Positions 22,320 to 35,337 of a stretch of 64,000 nt of DNA are shown here, piece after piece. The notes below the pieces were generated by a model. The model searched no databases, had not been told where the DNA came from, and saw nothing but the letters and a program-made list of their open reading frames with translations. Origin of the DNA: Octopus bimaculoides (Eukaryota); assembly GCF_001194135.2 (NCBI RefSeq), contig NC_069008.1:14654686-14718685 (forward strand), in the 5' to 3' direction. Positions within the stretch are counted from its first letter, which is position 1; each line of letters opens with the position of its first letter. The position numbers and the translations under genes were made by a program.

Positions 22320-24830
22320 TGGCAAAATGGAGATAATTAAAACTGATACATCTTTAAAAGATATGTCTATATCACCTAAGAATGTTTATATGAAGGAGCT
22401 AATATCAAAAACCAATGAATTCATCCGCAGACTCAGATGGCGAGCCTTGTACTTTGATGATAAACAAGATACACAAAATATAAACCCCAATAGTAAAATG
22501 GAGAAAATATCTAGAAACTTCAAAACCAAGAAAACCCTGTAACCACCTTGATCATTTGAACAAGAACTTTGGACCACCATCAAAAATACTAAGTTTATCA
22601 AACACCCACTTAGAAGAAATACACACCAAAGAAAACTCAAGGATTTATTACAAAACCTAAAATCCAAGGACGGAATTATTGTGCATTCAGATAAAACTAA
22701 TAATGTATATAACCTTAGCATAGGTACATATGACCTACTAGAAAATGAAATCACAAAGAAATGCAAAATAGTAAACAAAAATGTGCTTAGAACCATTAAT
22801 TTAGATGCAAAAGAAATCGTGTCTGAATATCGCATTGATGATAAAACTGAACCATTCATACCTACCAGACCTCAGATAACACTAAAAGGTCATAAAGACA
22901 ACTTCCAAACCAACTCTAAAGTTTGATTAATATGCCCTGGTAAGTCCGACCTAGGTAGATTAAGCAAAATAATGCTAGATAAATATGTACCCATACTTAG
23001 AAATAAAACATCTGTTGAACTATGGTCTAACACTCAAGATGTTAACTGGTTTAATGAAATTCCAAACAAGGATAAACAAATTCTTACAAATAGACATTTC
23101 CAATTATTTCTCTGTCAACCCTATCGTACTAAACAGTCCCCTTTTTGTAAAAAAAATATACTAACCTTAGTATGAATGAAATTAATGTTATCCTAATGGC
23201 TCATAAATCTATAATCAATTTTGTCAAATTTTGGGCTAGAAAAGACACTCCTAATTGTTTTGACATTACAATGTGTGCCATGGATTCCACCCAATTGACA
23301 TCTTGTTGGAATCGATCTTCTTTTTGGCCTGCATGATGAATTTTCAGAAATTAGGGGTGGATTATATAGGGATGATGCACTTTTCACTATAGAAAATGCA
23401 TCTAACAGGAAATTAGAGTTACTCAAAAGATTTTACAAATTTTTCAAAAAGCACAGACTTTCTATCTCTATTGAGAAGGATAATAATTCAGTTACTTTAA
23501 TCTAACAACCTGATTGCATGAACCTTTCCACAAATTAAATTCTAATTTAAGCTACATTAACTTCCAAAGTAATCATCCAAGATAATTAAAAATGCATTAT
23601 CTTCCAACATTGGTAAGAAACTAACCTATTTATCTTCTAATGAAGAAATATTTAATAGATGTGGAAATAGAGATAAAATAAAGTCTCGATCAAACAGCAA
23701 ATATAAGTAAAAGTAAACATATAACTAGTAATCCACATACTTATAAACCAGCAATTGATAATGAGAACAAACCCAAAATTAATTCAAAGCAACTTCACAA
23801 TAGCAAACATAACATAAGAAAAACTGATATCAAAATTATCTTAACTCAAGATTAATGAAAAACAGTCAATTATAATTATCTCCACTGTGATAAAAGCACA
23901 ATTAATAAACATAATGATATGAATAATCAAATTATTACCTCTGATACCAACACCACTGCTGATCCATATAATGCTCTGAATAATATGAAACCACATACTT
24001 ATTTCATCAACTCTAACAACTCTAACATACCTATAAATAACAAGCACCCTGAAAAATCTAATAAAATTTGGTTAATTATTTCACATGCAATGCAAATTAA
24101 AAATAATTGTTAAATCTATATTTAAGGCCATTCATAAATATTTTAACGCTGATAATAGATATAATGAAATCATAAACCACAAAACCATCAGGATTGGTTT
24201 TAGCCTAACTACTGACTTATTTACAATTTTATCATCAGTTAACAACAGAAAATTAAATGAATTCTACACCAATAGAAATACCCTTCTACTAATTCTCCTA
24301 AACTTAAACTATATCTCCCAAACTCCACCAACTCTAATAATAATGGCCACATAATTCCTAATGTGGGAAGTGTAATAACCCATATTAACTTCATTAATAT
24401 CAATTTTTCTAATAATACACACATAATAACATTTATGAAAATTGTGACTGTAGAGATGGAACTAATTGTAAATTTAAGAAGTCATGTAAGGAAGAAATGT
24501 AGTCTATCACTGCACAGTTGAAGCTCTGGGGAAAAAACATTTTTACATAGGGTCCACCAAGAATAAAGTAAAGACTTGTGTGTCTAACCGTCTCCAATCC
24601 TTTAAAATAAACAGAAAATTAAACTCCACCAGATTCAGTAAATTTATGTGGGAGTTAAAAGATATTGAATTTGAAATTAAATGGGATGTCATTGCTTCAG
24701 CAATGGCTTGTAAAATCAATTACAAGAAATGTAATCTATGCATCACAGAGGCCTTCCATATTCTCAGAATGCCCTGAAAAGAGAAAAATATTTCTTGTAT
24801 TCATACAGGAAAATGTGTTCTCTAAATTTA
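22320..24830 (+). mobile_element. Degraded Penelope-like element (RT plus C-terminal GIY-YIG endonuclease)
   Basis: Frameshifted fragments: FIRRLRWRALYF; ITLKGHKDNF..N.K..LI.P.KS.LG..SK; GGLYRDDAL; YINFQSNHP; VYHC...FYIGST...CNLC. This is the PLE domain order. Confidence 0.85.
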
Positions 24831-26729
24831 AGTAATTAACAAATATATGATTAAACTATCAAATAGTATAACTATACTATATAATATAATGTAATATATA
24901 ACATAAATAACTGTTTGACATTAAAATGTGCCTCTCACTGAAAAATTTGTACAATTCCTTTAATTCTTCAACTCCACTAATATAATTCCCTTCCTCCCAA
25001 ACTTTTACTTAACTATACTACTAATAATAACAATGACTATAACCATTACATCTAAAATTATTATTGCACCCATTGCCTCACATAAATAACCACCTTTACA
25101 TATTCTTAGTAACCATTTACTAACATTTGAACATACACACTTGGTAACATTTAATAACTGTCTGACTATTGTTTACCTCCTTGCCTTACATTAATAACCA
25201 CATTTACACACATTATCAACATCTTAATACCTTTTAAACTACTTATTCAGAAGTGGTTGTAATTTACTTAGTGAATTTATTTCTCGATACGGTTGTACAA
25301 AGAGTAAATGTGTTTGAAAATTGTGGTTTCTTTGGTTTGTTTGTTCCCCAACAGCATTTATTTTAGTGCTGTTGACACTGCCGGATTCAATGGTACTGCC
25401 CAAGTGTCAAGACCATAATGATATTCAGGGGACAGCTGATGATGGAGGTATGTTGGTTTGATGGTATGGCTGTTTTTGTATCTGTGGAATAGTATTATAA
25501 CACATCCTTTTGAGATATATATATATACACCAAATGGAACTATACTCCAAGTACTTTTTCTTCTTTGTTCTTTCTTCTACGCATCGCTCTCACTTCTTAC
25601 TACAAATCTCCTCTTATAGATGTAATAATCCATTCTACTATTACCGTCTCCAATGAAGGGATACATTGGATTTTCCCTGAAACAGCTGTAAAACTTTATA
25701 CATAAAATATAATTCTACCTTTGCCATTGGTCTCTTTATCTTTTATACATATATATATATATATATATATGTGAGTGTGTATAAATATACAAATTTATAT
25801 GTATATATGTGTGTGACTTGCCGAAAAATTTAAAACAAGTTTATATATATATGTGTGTGTATACAATTTAAATCAATATGTACCTATTTGTTTATTTATA
25901 TTTGCGTATATATAAGTATATGCAATTTAAGTTAATATGTACCTATTTATTTGTTTTATATATACACATCTTCTGTATACTTTAGAATTATTCTTAAACT
26001 TACATGATACTTCCCCTTCCTATATATTTTTTCAAATACAACTAAACAAAATTGAACAGGCATACTTGTGTATGTGAGTATATGCACATGTGTGTCTATG
26101 CATGTATGTAGGTGTATATATATATATATATATATATATGTACATGTATGTGTATACACGTGTATGTGAGGCATATATTCATCATCATCGTTTAACGTCC
26201 GCTTTCCATGCTAGCATGGGTTGGACGATTTGACTGAGGACTGGTGAAACCGGATGGCATAAATTAATATATGCCTATTTATATGCACACCCTATGCTTT
26301 CTTATAACTTATATTTCCACTAAAATAATTCTCTCCCCCACTTATAATAACCCTTACATACAGCTGAATAAAATACCTTGCTTTTCCTTATACTTACGTA
26401 GATGTATGCATAGGCATACAAACGTAATTAGTTATGAGTATACAAAGGTACATATTTTAAACGTGTATGTATGTAGATGTACATCTTTGTGCGTGTATAT
26501 GTGTAATGCACATATTTGTGTATGAGCATGTGCACTTGAGTGTACAGAAATACATATATGTGTATTTACACCATAGTAAGCACATAAATGTGAAACAAGG
26601 TGGTAAAAATAGTTTTTTTGTTCCATTCTCAACCAAAACTGTCTGATGAACAGGAATGTGAAACTTTGAGTAAAAGTTTTTGTGATGTTTTTGCAGCTTC
26701 ATTAATAATGCATGTATGAGTGTGTGTAT

Positions 26730-26763
<34 letters not shown>

Positions 26764-28151
26764 GCATGTATATTGATATATGTTTGTGTATGTATGAGCA
26801 ATTGTATACAAACATGAGTGCGTGGGAATGTATACATGTACACCTGTGTATGTGGGTATATGCATAGATATGAGCGTGTATGTATACATGCTGAGATGTA
26901 CATGGGTGTATATGCGTACATCTATGTATCAGTGTGTCTGTATGCATGTTTAGGTGTGTATCATCATCATCATTTAACGTTCATTTTCCATGCTATCATG
27001 GAAAACATGATGATACACATGCATTCCTTTATGCACATACATACAAACACACACATTCATACCTAAGCATACATGCATACAGACACATACACTGATGCAT
27101 ATGTCTACATATATGTACTCATATACACTCATGAACATCTCAGCATGTATACATACACACACACGCTCATATCTATGCATATACACATATGGTCATTCAC
27201 GTGTGTGGGTGTATGTGTATATGTATTTATGTATATTTTTATGTGTGTGTGCAAGCAAATGTAAGTGCTTCTGTGTGTGTATGTGTGTATATATATATAA
27301 ATAAACTTACCTTATATTTAAATTTCCTCTATAATCTCTATTTAATTTATTCTAAATCTATTTACCTATTCTATCTTATCTCCAATCAACCTGTAAACCT
27401 CTTGTCTTAACATATAACAATACAAATCATAAACCATATTATTCAGTCTGCTATAATGAATCCATAATAAACACGCATAAAACATCCAAGGGTATATTTT
27501 TTCCCTCTGAAGATATTATGTTCAAGTTACATAAATTCAATATTCATATTTACTGAGTATCAACTGGAACAGCTGTAAGTGAAAACGATTAATTTGCTAT
27601 TGATAATAAACAATTATTAACTTCTCAATTACCATTTTCTTTTCTTTTATATGTATGTATATATATATATATATATACATACATACATACACACACACAG
27701 AATAGGCTTCTTTCAATTTCCATCTACAAAATCCATTCACAAGCCTTCGATAGTTGACACTTGCCAAAAGTGTCACATAGTGGGGACGGAACCTGGAACT
27801 ATGTAGTTGGCTATGCCTACACCTGTTGCAAATTTTGATTTATTGTCCATCAACTTACACACAGTGGAGAATATTTACCATGATTAAATATATCGAATCC
27901 TGTTGTCTAAGTATGTGTGTTTATTTCAGGGAAACATGATCACCATCATCACCACAGTTTCAACATCCATGCTTGCATGGGTCAGATGGAATTTGTTAAG
28001 TTCAGATTTGCTACCCCTGATTCTGGGCAAGGTAATATTTGTCATAAGGTACTGAGCTGGCACAATGGTTAGTGGCATTTCATTTTTTTTTACGTTCTAA
28101 GTTCAAACTCTACCAAACTCATCTTTCCAGGGTCAATAAAAAAAGAACCAG

Positions 28152-28226
28152 TTTTGTTTCTAAAAGTGATCTAAACACAAAAAGATTCATACAAAACAAA
28201 GGACCTCTAAATGTGAAATGCGATGA
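28152..28226 (+). pseudogene. ~75 bp ZNF coding fragment (FVSKSDLN.HKKIHT...KCE) inside a SINE
   Basis: Aligns to gene B 19283-19363 with small deletions. Confidence 0.75.
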
Positions 28227-31200
28227 TTATAATGTCATCAACTTGACTTAGCCCCATCCCCAAACATGCTGGCCTTATGTCAAAATTTGAAACCATTACT
28301 ATTATTTAAGGTAGCAAGCTGGCAGAATCATTAGCATGCCAGATGAAATGCTTAGCAGTATTTCATCAGTCTTTACATTCTGAGTTCAAATGCTGCTGGG
28401 GTCAATTTTTGCCTTTCCTTTCAGGGTTGATAAATTAAGTACCAGTTACGCACTGGGGTTGATGCAATTGACTCCCACCAGATTTCAGGCCTTGTGCCTT
28501 TAGTAGAAAGTATTATTACTACAGTACTCCCTCTCTATAATGCAGATGATGGGGTCCAAGAAAACCAACCACGTTTTATCTGGGCTGCAGATTCACAGGT
28601 AAGGAGGGTGAACAGACGATAATAGCAGAGAAATGAGATATTTGGTTTAATTAGTAAAGTGCACAAACTTAAAAAAAAAAAAAAAAGCATGTTCCTGCCT
28701 TTAAGGGTATTGCGAAAGGCTCAGCAAAAATGAGTTATTGTAATTCAAAGGGCCAGCCTTATCACATTCTGTGTAACACTGAATCTCTCTGGGAATTATG
28801 TTAAAGGCATGTGTGTCAGTGGAGTACTCAGTCACTTGCATGTTAATTTCATGAGCTGGTTGTTCCATTGATTGGATCAGCTAGAACTCGTCGTCATAAC
28901 TGATAGAGTGCCATGGGTGGGTGAAAACGCATTTGAATTGTTCATTCAGTGTTTCATTTATCCTCATTGGGGGAACCATCTTTTTCAAAGATTTGCCCTA
29001 AAAGTTTAATAAGCTTTTAGATCACTTCAAATATGTTATATATTTGACATGGAAAAATGCCATTTTCACAGTAGTTTGTCTTGGAGAAATTTTATTTTTT
29101 TGTTTTAGGCAACAGTGTTAATACGAACAGTCATTTCAGGGCACCTTCTGTAGACCATGGAACACATTTCTAGATACTTAGCTATCATCAGCACTGGAAA
29201 AAGGCTTGGTTGGTGGCCCAACTTTCTAAGTTCTTCTACAGATCTTACAAAAACTGAAGGACTGCTGCAGTGTGTGGATCTAAGAGTAGAATATGTTGAA
29301 TAAAATCATAATTAAATTATCTATTTTCTTTTACCCAAGGACGGGAACTTTTCAGCACCCCCTCATAGCTGCTAACTACATGTGATGCTGTCAGGCTGGA
29401 AGAAAATATGTAGTGGACACATGAAAGCATTATTGTCAATTAAATCACAGCACTGCTTTTGCATGCTTACTAAATATAGTTTAATAAAATCATCCACCCT
29501 TCTGATCCACTCTTTCTATCATCTTTTATACTCATCCCATGAGAGTTTGCTTGGCACTGCATCGCTATCATCTTTCTCCCTTCCCTGCTACCTCTACCCA
29601 CTGCTAAATGAGAATCAGCTGAATAGTTCTTAGGCTGGCTGAGACACTCCATAGAATGTGACCAAATGAAATTTATTTTGCAGCAGAATCCTTGGCATCC
29701 ACACACTTCTTCCATCAGGAGGAGGTGGTGGTGGTGGTAATTTTAGTTTTTGAACCATCTGTTAATGCATCCTTTATTTCTGTTGGATGGGCGGGGGAGG
29801 GGGTCATCATTCTGAAAGCAAGGGTTAGAGGGATTTAAAATAATTAAAATTTTGAAAAGAAAAAAAGAAATTTTTTCAGAATCATAATCTCTTTTTTATA
29901 TAAATATACATATATGATGGACTTTCTTGCCTAATTTGGCCATCATTTCATAAGACATTAGATGTGTGTCATTGGAGGAAGATTTGGTTCTTATTTCTAG
30001 CAGGAATTGACTGACCACACTGAGGTCCCTCACCACAGCCACCACCTCATTAGCTTAGAGTGTCATCTGCTGGTTGTTGTTTTACAAACAATATTTCTCC
30101 TCCACTCATGCACAAATGAAATGAATGCCACAACTCTTGGTCGCTTGTCATTTTCTCAGTGAGGCCCACTGTCTCACCACTGTCCCAGGTCTTCTTGGAT
30201 CTGCCCCTTCCACAGTTTCCCTCCACAATTAGAGCTCGGCACTTCTTTTAGCAAAAAAAGAATACTGGAGAAAGTTGCAATTCTTGTCAAACAAAATTTT
30301 ATTCCTTTTGTACAAAAAAACAAATACAGTTGTTACTACAAATGACAAAATGTTGAGAAAGTTTGATTATTATTGTAGGGTTAACTGTTGGTCATTGTGT
30401 CAATGCTAATCATTCATTGTGGTTGTTGTCAGCTCGGGTCAGTAGCTGTCTACAACAGTTCATCATCCATCCACCATCTCATCTCTGCTGTCTTGCAATG
30501 TTTTCTCTGCTGCAGTTCAAAGCTCTCAGTCAAGTAGTCCAGGTGTGCTGAATTTATACAAATGGATAGGGCCAGAAAGAAATTTGCCAAAAGATAAGAT
30601 CATCGTTGGAGCCTATTCTGTGCAAAGTCATGATTGGTCAGATTTTGTTGATCACATGGTTAATATTCTAATGAATTGTGACACTGGATGTAGTTATCTG
30701 ACAGCTGAACATTCCCACTACAAGTCCTTCTATCATACTCTTTCCTGGCACAAAGCCACCTCCCTAAACATTACTCTCCCATCAGTTGAGTCTTGTTTTG
30801 CAAGTTACTTCATAATCTCAATAGTGCTGGTGCAACATAAAAAGTACCCAGTATATTCTGTAAATTGGTTGAAATTAGGAAGGGCATCCAACTGTAAAAA
30901 CCATGCCAGAGCAGACAGTAGTGTTGGTGCAGTCTTCTGACTTGCCAGCTCCTGTCAAATCATCCAACTCAAGCCAGCATAGAAAGCAGATGTGAAATAA
31001 TGTGGCAGTACATAAATGCGTGTGTGTGTGCCTTAAAACCAGTCCTTCTGGTGATAAAAAGCACTTGTGGTACCACAAAGTGCCTGTGTGGTGCCATGTA
31101 AAAGCACCCATACAGCACCACATAAAAGCATCCAGCACATTCCGTAGGGTGGTTGGTGTTAGAAACCATTACTGGAGTCTGACACAGCTCCCTAGCTTGC

Positions 31201-31789
31201 CAACTTTGGTCAAGTTGCCCATCCCATGCCAACATGAAAAACAGACATTAAATGATAATGATGTTGATGATGATATATATATATATGTACATATGCATAT
31301 ATGTATATGAGGCAATCACAACTATTATGGAGTCTAGTACATCTGCACATTTATTTATTTTTTTTACAGTCAGTTAATTATATGGGATATTTGGTTTAAA
31401 TTTGTACATTTCTGCTGCAGAGACAACTAGCAATTGATCACCTAAAGTAATCTTAGGTGCTCTTTAAAACTCAATGCAGTTAGCCAGAACCTGGACTGTA
31501 ACTGTGTGCTTGTACAGAACCCACCTGGATACTATATCCCTATCTATTCATGATAGATAGATAGAGAGATAGCAGGCAGACAGGCATTGAATTATTTGAT
31601 AAGAACTCGTTGAAATAGTTATACAATTATATTAAATTGTATTAATTTGTCTTATCCTTTACATTACAGCAATCACAAAGTTATAAGTATGAGTACGAAA
31701 ATAAATGTAATGATAACTCTGTATGTCCCTCCCTATATATATTCAAATATTTCCTCGCATAACATTGTTGAATAATTTACTCCAGAAAC

Positions 31790-32820
31790 GTTGTTTCACG
31801 CCTTTGTTTCGTCTAAATTTCTTTAATTAACCCATACGTAATGATATGGTCTCGTAAGTATCTTTCATACCTCTCACACAAACACTTTAATGGCATTTTA
31901 CACTTGGTTGTTGTGTTGTTAACCTATAAAGCGATGGGATTTGCTCTGACATAGCATGGACTGCTGAGCACATTTTATGAAAATGTGACTACCATGCACA
32001 CCTAAGAAACCAAAAATTGTTAAAATATCTTCTTAGTATATAATTGTGGCAAGTTTTACATCATCTTTTGAAAAGTCATTAGTTGAACTATTAGTCCTCT
32101 TGCATTCTGGTGCTGTATCAGAGCGTTTGAGTGACATTAAACCCCAACAAACGCCTGTAAATTAAATGCATCGACCTGGGCCACGTTCGTGACCTGTCGA
32201 CCTGTGCCTGACGGTCACGATGGTGGCCCATCGCGCTTTATGTATTAAAAGTAAAAACATTAAAATATTTAACAATGTTAATGTTATCAGGACAAGTATG
32301 TTTGGTGATGTTCAATCCCGAACTTAAAGTATGAAATGGGTACCGGATGAAGGGTCTTATTTGGTTAGAGGTTCTGAGTCAAATAGAAGCCAAGAGGATG
32401 TTGTTAAGTCCCAGGACAGCTCGGTCGAGTTGTTGTTCAAAAGCGTTTCAGCTGTGACTGTCACGTTTTCATATACTCAGCGCTTGACTATCGAATGTCT
32501 TCTTTTATAAAACAACAAACTGATATTTGACTAAGCATTTCACTACTATTTCTAGTGTGTCGAACGGACGTCAGTGGCATATATATNNNNNNNNNNATTA
32601 TAAGTGCTGCAGCTATATATATATATATAAACTGTTACTTCAGAAAACATCTAACTCTATTATCCCATCTACATCGCTTTAATTAACTCCATACGTAATG
32701 ATATCATGAAAATATTCTGGTAAATTTGGGGAGACACAAACACTTTCACGGCATTTTACACTTCATTGTTTTGTTTAAACTACAAACAAACATTAAAATA
32801 TTTTTGTAATGTTAATGATA
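31790..32820 (+). repeat. Distal upstream module of gene C, with a partial tandem second copy at ~32660-32820
   Basis: Homologous to 11590-12010 (-) and 15120-15270 (+). Confidence 0.6.
31929..32238. mobile_element. MITE-like insertion in the upstream module of gene C
   Basis: Short IRs aagcgatggg / cccatcgcgctt with TA flanks; absent from the paralogous site near 15220. Confidence 0.55.
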
Positions 32821-33891
32821 CAACTACACAAATTCACATAGATTATATATATAGACAGCAATGTATAATCATAGACAATATAAGGATTGATTATATCTAC
32901 ACACATCTATATACTTATGTATATAAACAGATATAGATATAGTCATAGATTTCATAACGATCTATATCTACATTTATCTATAAACATACGAGGGAGTACT
33001 GAAAATTTCCTGCCTTTAAGGGTGTCTCGAAAGGCCTGGTTGGAAGCCCAACCTTCCAAGATGTTTTACGGGGTTTAGAAAAATTGAAGGACTGCTGCAA
33101 TAAGTGTCTGAATCTGAGATGGGAATATGTTGAGTAAGATCGTAATTAACTGATCATCCTATATTTTCTTTTACCTAAAGTCAGATTTCTTTGACTAAAG
33201 GCGGTGCTCCAGCATGGCCACAGTCAAATGACTGAAACAAGTAAAAGAGTATATATAGGTGTGTGTGTGTATGCGCATGTGTATATATTTTTGCCTCCCT
33301 GTGTTGAAATTCTGTGATTATTATAAATGAACATCACTCATTTCCAATGTTATGCAAACATGTCTGGCCATGGGGGAATATTTACCCCTTTTGGTGACAG
33401 GAAGGGCATCAGGTCATAGAAAATCTGTTTGGTCCATGCAAGCATGGAAAAATGCACCACATCATCATCATGTAGTAGTAGTAGTAGTAGTATCTGCATA
33501 GGTTCACATCTACTTTATGAGACATCTTATGTTGTCATATTTTCTCTTGCTTTACAGTTCTGCTAAGAGATCATCCCCAGATGAAGAATTATTGCACCAG
33601 AACATCTGCTGCCAATTATTTATGGATGTCCATTTTCCACTCTACATATCTTCCATTAACCCATATCCACCTTTATTCATTTAGAAATGATTCTTCAAAT
33701 TTATGACAAATTGTAGGTCTCTTAAAGGTTGGACTCAGTCTGCAACAAGCAGTCTGGTAAATAAAAAACACATCCACATTGCTTATTTTATTTATGTCAA
33801 AGCAATCTCATGATATCTAAGATAAGAAACTGAGCCATGACAGATATTTAAAGATATTTCTCAGCTTTTTAAGAATTCCTCAAGAATCAAT

Positions 33892-34941
33892 ATGGAGGTT
33901 AATCACCTGGACAATTCTAACACAACTGTTTTTAACCATATAAATACAGTTAGAGAGATGGACGGAGATGAGAAAATTGTAGACAAAAATGTTACTGAAT
34001 ATCGTTGTGAGATTTGTAGGAAGGGGTTCTCTTCTGAACATGAAGTTTTCACACACAAAAAAACACACACAGGAGACAGACAGTTCCGTTGTGGAATATG
34101 TGAAAAATCTTTCAACCAGAAATGCCATCTCGTCATCCATATACGTAGTCACACTGGAGAAAAACCCTTCCGCTGTGAAATATGTGAGAAATCGTTCACA
34201 GATAATACTAATCTTGTAGTTCACAAAAGAATCCACACCGGAGAAAAACCATTCCATTGTGAAATATGTGGGAAATCTTTCACTGATAATTCTAACCTTG
34301 TCGTTCACATAAGAATCCACACTGGAGAGAAACCGTTTCACTGTGATATTTGTGGGAAATATTTTGTTGCTAACAGCGTCTTAAGAACACACAAACGAAT
34401 ACATACTGGAGAAAAACCATACCGTTGTGAGATCTGTGGGAAATCTTTTATTGAAAATTCAAAGCTTACTATCCACAGACGTAGTCACACTGGAGAAAAG
34501 CCATATCATTGTGAAATATGTTGGAAATCTTTTGTTAGTAAGAGTAATTTAACACAACATGAAAGGATTCACAGTGGAGAAAACCCATTTCACTGTGAAG
34601 TGTGTGGGAAATCGTTCTCTCAGAATTCCAGTCTTGTGGTTCATGAAAGGATCCACACAGGAGAAAAACCTTATCACTGTGAAATATGCGGCAAGTCTTT
34701 TGTCTCCAACAGTGATTTAAACAGACATAAAATTATACACACTGGAGAGAAACCATTCAAATGTGAAGTATGCGACAAATATTTTGTCAGTAACAGTTAT
34801 TTAACAAAACACAGAAGAATACACACTGGAGTAAACATCTTTCATTGTGAGATTTGTGGGAAGTCGTTTATCACAAACAGCCTGTTAAAAAGACACAAGC
34901 AAATACACTCTGGAGGGAAGTCTGTTAAAGACGAGACTTGA
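33892..34941 (+). CDS. C2H2 zinc-finger protein C, 11 fingers (first atypical)
   Basis: Intact 349-aa ORF; C-terminus SGGKSVKDET places it with A and B. Confidence 0.95.
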   Translation: MEVNHLDNSNTTVFNHINTVREMDGDEKIVDKNVTEYRCEICRKGFSSEHEVFTHKKTHTGDRQFRCGICEKSFNQKCHLVIHIRSHTGEKPFRCEICEKSFTDNTNLVVHKRIHTGEKPFHCEICGKSFTDNSNLVVHIRIHTGEKPFHCDICGKYFVANSVLRTHKRIHTGEKPYRCEICGKSFIENSKLTIHRRSHTGEKPYHCEICWKSFVSKSNLTQHERIHSGENPFHCEVCGKSFSQNSSLVVHERIHTGEKPYHCEICGKSFVSNSDLNRHKIIHTGEKPFKCEVCDKYFVSNSYLTKHRRIHTGVNIFHCEICGKSFITNSLLKRHKQIHSGGKSVKDET

Positions 34942-35337
34942 GAAATGGTTCTCTGGCTAATCTAAATTTATTTCTACCAACATATATATATATATGTGTG
35001 TGTGTAGTTTGTGCCCGGTGACTGTGTAGAGATGTTACACATGTTGTAATTCATTCTTTGGCATGTTCTCAGCACAAGAAACTATTAGTAGCATGTAAAA
35101 ATATGTATTGTGTCTATTAAATAATATATATATATTTATATAGATTAAAGCAGAAATGAAAAGACAAATGGTTTGGCAAGACTTGACAAGGACATTTAAT
35201 TTAGCTATATGATAAAAAGGTATACACAGTCTCTAACAGCTGCTTCTAGAATATCTCAACTGGAACATAGTGTTGAGCAAGGATTCCATAGGCTGAGTAT
35301 CCTGTCATTGGAGAGAAATAGATTAAATATATGTAAC

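Noticed and set aside
26271-27410. His/Ile/Tyr/Thr-rich ORFs
   Set aside because: Translations of (CA)/(TA)/(TG) microsatellites.
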